From the NCBI GenBank assembly GCA_021827485.1, contig JAKAVM010000067.1:1-61857 (forward strand): DNA of 61,857 bases, read 5' to 3'. Position 1 is the first letter of the stretch. Each line of letters begins with the position of its first letter. This DNA comes from Actinomycetes bacterium (GTDB taxonomy: Bacteria; Actinomycetota; Acidimicrobiia; Acidimicrobiales; JAKAVM01). The translations under genes and the position numbers were made by a program. The notes under the pieces are model-generated. The model did not search any database. It saw only the letters and a list, made by a program, of their open reading frames with translations, and was not told the origin of the DNA. Shown one piece after another: positions 58,550-61,857 of this stretch.

Positions 58550-59692
58550 ATGGAGAAAATTATGCTTGATTTAGACTTCAGCCAAGAGCAAGAAATGCTC
58601 AGATCGGCCACGCGCGATTTGCTAAGTGATTATTGTAGCCTTGCTAACGTAAGAGACTTGGAAGATGATCCAATAGGTTATTCACAAGAGTTGTGGACAC
58701 AGATGGCTAAGTTGGATCTCGTTTCTATGATGCTCGGCGATGAATTCGGTGGGCCCGGTATGTCCATGATTGATGCTGTAGTTGTTTATGAAGAACTCGG
58801 CCGACATCTTGCTCCGACGCCACACTTAGTATCTTCTATTCTATCGCAAGGCGCTATAATGAATTCGGGAAGTCAGGCCCAGAAACAAGACTGGATACCG
58901 AGACTAGCAAGTGGCGACGCAATCCTCACGACCGCATGGCTAGAACCCAATGGAGGATTTGGACCCGAAGGTATCCAACTTGTTGCAACTAGTGACGGCA
59001 CGACCACGGTACTTTCCGGAATCAAGCACCATGTTCCCTTTGCGAAAGCTGCACAAGGATTTCTAGTACTAGCTCGTAGCGGTTCGAGCGAGAAAGACAT
59101 TGATCTTTATCTGGTAGATTCGAGCACTCCAGGAATTAGTATGTCCCAGAAACTCTCGATTGCTTCAGATACTCAGTACGAAGTTCGATTTGATAACGTT
59201 GAAGTAGGCACCTCGTCTCGTATTGGTGAAGAAAAATCTGGTTGGGATACTTGGGAAGCTCTTCTGTACCAGGCCATCATACTGATTGGTGCTTACGCGG
59301 AGGGTGCAGCTTCTCATGCACTTGAAATAACTGTGCAATATGCCAAGGATCGCCATCAGTTTGACAAACCTCTTGGAGCATTTCAAGCACTTGCTCACTA
59401 CCTGGCTGATGCTCAGACTAACTTAGATGGCGCGGTCCAACTGGTGCACGAAGCAGCCTGGGCCTTCAGCGAAGGCAAGTCAGTTGAGAAATTGGCACCT
59501 ATGGCGAAGCTTTACGCATGTAAGACCTTTCGAGATCTAACTGCAATGGCTCAACAGATCTTTGGCGGAATTGGCTTTACTGTCGAATTTGATATCCAAC
59601 TCTTTTTCCGGCGAGCTAAGGCACTCCAGATTTCATGGTGGAACGACCGTTATCTCAAAGAACTTATAGCTAAACAGGTACTTGACACGTAA
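58550..59692 (+). CDS. Acyl-CoA dehydrogenase family protein
   Basis: 380 aa. DFSQEQEMLRSATRD and QIFGGIGFTVEFDIQLFFRRAK. ATG 58562 (MLDLDF), with GGAGA 5 nt upstream, is an alternative start. Confidence 0.85.
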   Translation: MEKIMLDLDFSQEQEMLRSATRDLLSDYCSLANVRDLEDDPIGYSQELWTQMAKLDLVSMMLGDEFGGPGMSMIDAVVVYEELGRHLAPTPHLVSSILSQGAIMNSGSQAQKQDWIPRLASGDAILTTAWLEPNGGFGPEGIQLVATSDGTTTVLSGIKHHVPFAKAAQGFLVLARSGSSEKDIDLYLVDSSTPGISMSQKLSIASDTQYEVRFDNVEVGTSSRIGEEKSGWDTWEALLYQAIILIGAYAEGAASHALEITVQYAKDRHQFDKPLGAFQALAHYLADAQTNLDGAVQLVHEAAWAFSEGKSVEKLAPMAKLYACKTFRDLTAMAQQIFGGIGFTVEFDIQLFFRRAKALQISWWNDRYLKELIAKQVLDT

Positions 59693-59796
59693 TTTGGAAT
59701 TCTGGGGCTTCTAGCTCGAAAGTAAAGTAACGTGCTGGTTTAGTAAGGCTAGCTTGCCGTTTTCCCTCCGGAGCAAGAGCGTGGGTAAGCTTAGAC

Positions 59797-61137
59797 ATGG
59801 CTCAAGTTCAATTCAACGATGCCACAACAAAGCTGAGCAATGCCAAAACAGAACACCGTGATGCCGCAACAGAGCAACAAGTTGAACCAATGGTTCCAGA
59901 AGATCTAGTTAATCTTGGTATGCGCTCAAAAAGCGCTGGTCAAATCATGGCACTCGCTCCAACTGCAAAGAAAAATCAAGCATTGGAATTAGCAGCAAAG
60001 CTGCTGGTTGAGAATCGTCAGATAATTCTAGATGCCAATCAAGTTGATATTGATAATGCGCAACGCAACGGAGTAACCAAGGGAGTTATCGACCGGCTTC
60101 GCTTGGATGGAAACAGGCTGGCCTCAATGGCAGATGGGCTTCGTCAGGTGGCTTCATTACCTGATCCAGTAGGGGAGGTCGAAAGCGGATGGGTTCGTCC
60201 TAATGGCCTGAAAGTTTCAAAAGTCAGAGTTCCTTTGGGGGTGATAGGTATCGTTTACGAGAATCGTCCCAACGTTACCAGTGACGCTGCGGGGCTGTGT
60301 ATCAAATCAGGTAACGCCGTAATGTTACGTGGGTCCTCAGGTGCTTTGGCCTCAAATTTAGCCATTGAACAGTGTATTCGACAAGCACTTGCCGAGGCTA
60401 ATCTTCCTCAAGATGCAGTTACATTGGTAAGAGATATATCTCGCGATCTAGCAATTCAGTTTATGCAGCTACGTGGGATAATAGACTGCCTAATCCCACG
60501 AGGAGGTCCATCACTAATTAGCTCCATACGAGATAATGCAACTGTACCCTATATCTTAGATGGAGATGGTAACTGCCACATATATGTTGACAAATCGGCC
60601 GACCTAGCGATGGCATTGAAAATAGTTGTAAACGCGAAAACTCAGCGTCCTTCAGTTTGCAATGCTGCTGAGTCTCTTGTTGTCCACTCAGATATTGCGC
60701 ATGAATTTCTGCCTTTACTATCAAAGGAGATGAGCCAGGTAGAATTAGTCGGAGATGAGCGATCCAGAGATATTGTTTCTACAATTGGTCTGGCCGCCAT
60801 TGAGGACTTTGCAATGGAATTTCTAGACTTGAAGATGTCAGTGGCCGTTGTAGATAGCCTAGATGAAGCGATTACACATATTCGTAAGAACTCATCCGGA
60901 CATTCTGAAGCAATCATCACCAATGATTATGAGTCGGCTAACAAATTTGTTAGCAGTGTTGATTGTGCCGCGGTATTAGTTAATGCTTCGACAAGGTTTA
61001 TTGATGGTGGTGAACTTGGTTTGGGCGCTGAAATAGGAATCTCAACCCAGAAACTCCACGCACGAGGTCCAATGGGCTTGGAAGCTCTAACTACACTGAA
61101 GTTTGTTGTCCAAGGCAGCGGCCAGATCCGTGAATAA
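59797..61137 (+). CDS. proA: Glutamate-5-semialdehyde dehydrogenase
   Basis: 446 aa. VYENRPNVTSDAA, catalytic Cys context RPSVCNAAESL, and NASTRFIDGGELGLGAEIGISTQKLHARGPMG. Confidence 0.94.
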   Translation: MAQVQFNDATTKLSNAKTEHRDAATEQQVEPMVPEDLVNLGMRSKSAGQIMALAPTAKKNQALELAAKLLVENRQIILDANQVDIDNAQRNGVTKGVIDRLRLDGNRLASMADGLRQVASLPDPVGEVESGWVRPNGLKVSKVRVPLGVIGIVYENRPNVTSDAAGLCIKSGNAVMLRGSSGALASNLAIEQCIRQALAEANLPQDAVTLVRDISRDLAIQFMQLRGIIDCLIPRGGPSLISSIRDNATVPYILDGDGNCHIYVDKSADLAMALKIVVNAKTQRPSVCNAAESLVVHSDIAHEFLPLLSKEMSQVELVGDERSRDIVSTIGLAAIEDFAMEFLDLKMSVAVVDSLDEAITHIRKNSSGHSEAIITNDYESANKFVSSVDCAAVLVNASTRFIDGGELGLGAEIGISTQKLHARGPMGLEALTTLKFVVQGSGQIRE

Positions 61138-61239
61138 AGCAGTTGCAACCTTATCACCACAAGAAATGGGGTTCGAGGTGGGACGCTCCTTAGATTTATC
61201 CTTGGGGAGGATTCAAAAATACCAAGTTAGGAGAAAGAA

Positions 61240-61857
61240 ATAATAAATCCTCAATTTAGATTTGAGTCACCTAAACAAGTAGTAGAGGGATTGAGAGAGA
61301 ACCTGTACTTGGCTGATGATTCAATTGGTTCTGCAGTTTTCTTGGCCGATAGATTGGCCAAGCCAGTTTTGATCGAAGGACCGGCCGGTACGGGCAAGAC
61401 ACAGCTGGCAAAAAGCGTGGCCGAACTAACTGGATCACGTCTAATACGTCTTCAGTGTTATGAAGGTCTAGATGAAGCCAAAGCTATTTATGAGTGGAAC
61501 TATAAGAAACAGCTATTGCGAATTCAAGCGCAGAATGTTCTTGAAGCCGATTCATCTAAGCAAGACAGCGTAACAATCACAAAGGATGGTCAGCCGACTT
61601 GGAATAGCCTTGAAGAGGACATATTCAGTGAAGAGTTCTTGCTCACACGTCCTTTGCTTGAAGCCATTAAAGCCACCGATCCAGTAGTGTTATTGATAGA
61701 TGAAGTAGATCGCGTAGAGATAGAAACAGAAGCTCTGTTACTTGAGGTCTTATCTGATTATCAAGTATCTATTCCAGAATTAGGAACGGTGCAAGCCAAT
61801 CAAATACCGTTAGTTTTTCTAACCTCAAATAATACACGAGAGCTTTCCGAGGAGATC
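61240..61857 (+). CDS. MoxR-like AAA+ ATPase, N-terminal part (runs off the window). The start codon is unresolved.
   Basis: Open frame from the TAG at 61228-61230 to the window end. Walker A EGPAGTGKT and Walker B VLLIDEVDR. There is no ATG or GTG upstream of the conserved FRFESPKQVVEGL; AGGAG at 61229-61233 is followed by ATA ATA at 61240-61245. Confidence 0.75.
   Translation, partial: MINPQFRFESPKQVVEGLRENLYLADDSIGSAVFLADRLAKPVLIEGPAGTGKTQLAKSVAELTGSRLIRLQCYEGLDEAKAIYEWNYKKQLLRIQAQNVLEADSSKQDSVTITKDGQPTWNSLEEDIFSEEFLLTRPLLEAIKATDPVVLLIDEVDRVEIETEALLLEVLSDYQVSIPELGTVQANQIPLVFLTSNNTRELSEEI

Overview
This 61.9-kb window is the chromosomal replication-origin neighbourhood of a low-GC actinobacterium (roughly low-to-mid 40s % G+C by eye). 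It is almost entirely conserved housekeeping genes. Gene order matches what I remember from Mycobacterium tuberculosis and Streptomyces coelicolor. On the minus strand: tRNA-Ile, DUF3566, gyrA, gyrB, DUF721/dciA, recF, dnaN, dnaA. On the plus strand: rpmH, rnpA, yidD, yidC, jag, rsmG, a VOC gene, parA, parB. On the minus strand: cwlM-like, trxA, trxB, two small membrane proteins, degV, murJ, a DUF6049-like protein. Then cca; ino1 and padR (minus); and on the plus strand a DUF5318-like gene, panB, rpsF-ssb-rpsR-rplI, dnaB, tig, clpP, clpX, folC, ndk, mreBCD-mrdA, rne, rplU, rpmA, obg, proB. An 8.4-kb block follows: pspA plus an acyl-CoA/lipid-catabolic cluster. The window ends with proA and the 5' part of a MoxR-like AAA+ ATPase. 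I found no CRISPR array, no transposase or integrase, no rRNA and no recognisable defence system. The most unusual observations are listed here. (1) The left edge is a GC-rich block that abuts the 3' end of tRNA-Ile and encodes a repeat protein with a near-perfect 126-bp tandem repeat. (2) A family of GC-rich 35-57-bp elements ending in TGGGTTGC has at least five same-orientation copies, one inserted in frame inside rsmG. (3) A satellite cluster of four DnaA boxes lies downstream of parB and repeats a 34-bp module found upstream of dnaA; DnaA boxes also precede dnaB. (4) A 0.9-kb ORF-poor, hairpin-rich region bracketed by two parS sites lies upstream of parA. (5) Ribosomal protein S18 carries an acidic tail of about 120 aa. 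(6) An SCP2-type thiolase is translationally coupled to an HMG-CoA-synthase-like::DUF35 fusion. It sits divergent from two ACADs, a family III CoA-transferase and a MaoC hydratase pair (igr/bbs-like logic), and the whole block separates proB from proA. (7) Several short intergenic direct repeats have periods of 36, 48 and 66 bp. Everything rests on reading the sequence and the supplied translations; no database search was possible.
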